From Podarcis cretensis (Eukaryota), in NCBI GenBank assembly GCA_951804945.1, contig OX638164.1, forward strand, positions 29,822,001 through 29,886,000: a stretch of DNA of 64,000 bases, given 5' to 3'. Under the pieces are notes generated by a model that had not been told where the DNA came from, searched no databases, and saw nothing but the letters and a program-made list of their open reading frames with translations. This document shows, in pieces, positions 62,201-64,000 of this stretch (the stretch's first letter is position 1; each line of letters starts with the position of its first letter). The translations under genes and the position numbers were made by a program.

Positions 62201-62452
62201 GTGGCGTCAGGATGGGTCAAGTGCAGCCGGGGGTGGGGGGGCTTTCAATGCAGACGCGGTCCGCTAGCAGTCCCATGAGCCAGACCAGCCTTGCCCAAAT
62301 CCTCCTCGGTCAACCTGCAAGTTCCTAGGGCAGGTTAAGAAAAGTACAGACCCCTGTTCTAACTTCAGGCCTCTCTTCCCCTCCAGCCTCTCGGAGAACG
62401 CAACAATGGGCAGTACAGCCACATCGGAGTGGCCAAGACCCGCCACCGGTGA
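55544..62452 (+). CDS. CD3D: T-cell surface glycoprotein CD3 gamma/delta chain (non-mammalian CD3G/D type), 5 exons, 170 aa
   Basis: Signal peptide, Ig domain (C..W..DPRG..C), RMCQNC stalk, TM helix, SDKQTLL motif, ITAM YQPL-x7-YSHI; exons 61/210/132/44/66 nt; syntenic with UBE4A. Confidence 0.93.
56156..56201. repeat. Compound (GT)n(GA)n microsatellite
   Basis: Seen directly. Confidence 0.95.
56833..56922 (+). mobile_element. tRNA-derived SINE head (tRNA-Ile-like)
   Basis: TAGCTCAGTTGGTTAGAG A-box, GGTTTGATCCCC B-box, then non-tRNA body. Confidence 0.7.
56941..57166 (-). mobile_element. Same MITE family, copy 3 (CD3 intron 1)
   Basis: TIRs and TA TSD. Confidence 0.9.
57371..57580 (+). CDS. 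CD3D: CD3gamma/delta Ig-domain exon
   Basis: IAEESITVKQQKNDIVLYCEAEGKNLPISWNKDG...DDPRGVFECNSARLQVFVR. Confidence 0.92.
57790..58416 (-). mobile_element. L1-clade LINE 3' fragment (ORF2 C-terminus and 3' UTR)
   Basis: Minus strand reads approx. TLYHMW*SCKRVKALWEMIYNELKKMFK...EAFLLG and FMYATTAAR...AQRWK. Confidence 0.8.
59159..59384 (-). mobile_element. Same MITE family, copy 4 (CD3 intron 2)
   Basis: TIRs and TA TSD. Confidence 0.9.
59582..59713 (+). CDS. CD3D: CD3gamma/delta stalk and transmembrane exon
   Basis: MCQNCIRLDVAAIMGILLASIVATFFLAVGVYCIAAGEPGRRSQ. Confidence 0.94.
59880..59923 (+). CDS. CD3D: CD3gamma/delta cytoplasmic exon (44 nt)
   Basis: ASDKQTLLANEQLYQ; donor CAG|GTGAGT. 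Confidence 0.95.
60687..60928 (-). mobile_element. Same MITE family, copy 5 (CD3 intron 4)
   Basis: TIRs and TA TSD; possibly nested in an older element at ~60602-61051. Confidence 0.9.
62111..62158 (+). mobile_element. Short Penelope pLTR fragment
   Basis: ttttgctgcagcagactaacccagctgcccc resembles ttttgactatggcagaccaacacggctacct of the 35.7-kb element. Confidence 0.4.
62387..62452 (+). CDS. CD3D: CD3gamma/delta last coding exon (ITAM end)
   Basis: PLGERNNGQYSHIGVAKTRHR*. Confidence 0.93.
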   Translation, partial: PLGERNNGQYSHIGVAKTRHR

Positions 62453-62810
62453 GAAGGGGACAAAGCGTTCTTCCTCTGATGTGGCAGCGAAGAGTGAATT
62501 GCTGATGGCTCCTCCTTTGGCCGTGGGGAGCTCAAAAGGGAAGGTTGCTTCAAGCTATAGTGAAGGGTGTAGAAATAGTTTGACTCTTGCTGTGCTTTCA
62601 TTTCAAAATGTAACCCCTGTCCCTACTATTGAGCTGGCCTCCCTTTGTTCTTCCTTCCCCACGACTTTCCCCTCCGATTTGGAGGGGCTCCAATAACTAA
62701 GAAAGCCAAAAGGGCTTTTGTTGTTTCTGCAGCGATCCACTTTGAATATGGTCTGTTCGCTCTCAGCTGTTTTATAGCAAGCAATGCATCAATAGAATGA
62801 AATCAATAAT

Positions 62811-62816
62811 AATAAA
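62811..62816 (+). terminator. Candidate CD3gamma/delta polyadenylation signal
   Basis: First AATAAA I found after the stop codon. Confidence 0.55.
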
Positions 62817-62999
62817 GGAAATGCAGCTCTAGTTTCCAACGAAACTGCATCTCATCTGTCTGCGGCGGATACCTTTCTAAATTACTTATTTTACTGAAAA
62901 CAAATTGCAGTCTTTCGAGTGGTGTGTGGCTGAATGTGTTTTGAAGGAAGATCGGTAGTTTGCTCTGAGAGTTGAAGCTCCACACGAAGTCAGCAACTT

Positions 63000-63190
63000 G
63001 CACAAAGGCGCAGACACACATTGGACGTTGACTCACATGCCTTTTGCACGTGGGAGCTGTTTTTCGCCTTTCTTGAAAACGCAGCTGCGCTTGCCTTGAC
63101 CACATCCTGCGGAACAAGTGCCGTGGTAGCTGAGTGCTGAGCGCTCTTACGTGGGACCACAGCTCTTCCCGCAACTGCCACTTCCTTTGG
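63000..63190. promoter_or_regulatory. Candidate T-cell enhancer 3' of CD3gamma/delta
   Basis: ETS:RUNX GCAGGATGTGGT (63099-63110, minus), RUNX 63156-63161, E-boxes 63047 and 63082, AP-1 63029, ETS 63179. Confidence 0.5.
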
Positions 63191-63524
63191 GGCGAGGGAA
63201 TGAGTGTTTGCTACTTGCCCTTCCCCATCAAGCAGTCCCTGGGCAGCAGAGAGAATTGAGGGGCTCCCAAGAGGGTGCTGAGGGGCTACTCAGCCAGAGT
63301 TTCTGGCCCATGGCATTAATGCAGTCCTGCCTTCTGCTGCCGCCGCTCTGACTAGCGTATCTTCCTCACCTGTCTTCCTGACAGCTTTAAAGTCTTCCCA
63401 CCCCGGGCATAACCAGTAATCCCTGCCTTTTCTGCCCTGCCTTTTCCCATTATGCTACATCCGTAAATTTTCTTGAGTCCCCTGTTAGTTACAAAGTCAT
63501 CAGGATTTCCCAGCAAAGAACATA

Positions 63525-63834
63525 AAAAGGTAAAGGGACCCCTGACCATTAGGTCCAGTCGCGGACGACTCTGGGGTTGCGGCGCTCATCTCGCTTTACT
63601 GGCCAAGGGAGCCAGTGTACAGCTTCCGGGTCCTGTGGCCAGCATGACTAAGTCACTTCTGGCAAACCAGAGCAGCGCATGGAAACGCCGTTTACCTTCC
63701 AGCCGGAGTGGTACCTATTTATCTACTTGCACTTTGACGTGCTTTCGAACTGCTAGGTTGGCAGGAGCTGGGACCGAGCAACGGGAGCTCACCCCGTTGT
63801 GGGGATTCGAACCGCCGACCTTCCGATCCCCCTT
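63525..63834 (-). mobile_element. Sauria SINE with 13-bp TSD
   Basis: Reverse-strand copy of the 31.3-kb element; TSD agcaaagaacata at 63512-63524 and 63835-63847. Confidence 0.92.
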
Positions 63835-64000
63835 AGCAAAGAACATACCAACCCATTAAAGAAAGAGAGCCAGTGTGATGCAGCACGCTGGCCTGGAAGG
63901 CACTTTATTAGAATTCCCTGCAAACACAACCAAAACAAAATACATACAATTCTGTCCCCCAAGAGGTCAGCGCATCTGCTGTGATGCCCAAACACAGCAT

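Noticed and set aside
1-64000. CRISPR arrays, rRNA, operons or other prokaryotic systems
   Set aside because: Intron-rich vertebrate DNA; no repeat-spacer array or rRNA-like sequence seen

Overview
Vertebrate genomic DNA from a squamate reptile (Sauria SINEs, CR1/L1/L2/Penelope relics, hAT and Tc1/mariner-pogo MITEs; probably a lacertid lizard). It carries the conserved block found at human 11q23.3: KMT2A/MLL1 (minus; exons 1-21, gene continues past the window start), ATP5MG (minus, complete, 107 aa), UBE4A (minus, complete, 1074 aa) and a single CD3 gamma/delta gene (plus, complete, 170 aa, head-to-head with UBE4A). Exons were placed by hand using GT-AG boundaries and frame continuity. Most notable: (1) the otherwise intact CD3gamma/delta chain has Ser where the conserved transmembrane Asp/Glu for TCR assembly sits, with further changes in the CxxCxE stalk and the CD3epsilon-binding G strand; (2) ATP5MG intron 2 holds a young, TSD-flanked, non-coding Penelope-like insertion with a 183-nt repeat unit, a ~99-bp near-perfect hairpin and a complete minimal hammerhead ribozyme core; (3) there is a candidate T-cell enhancer (perfect ETS:RUNX composite) just 3' of the CD3 gene. 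Comparisons with human and chicken proteins are from memory and need alignment.
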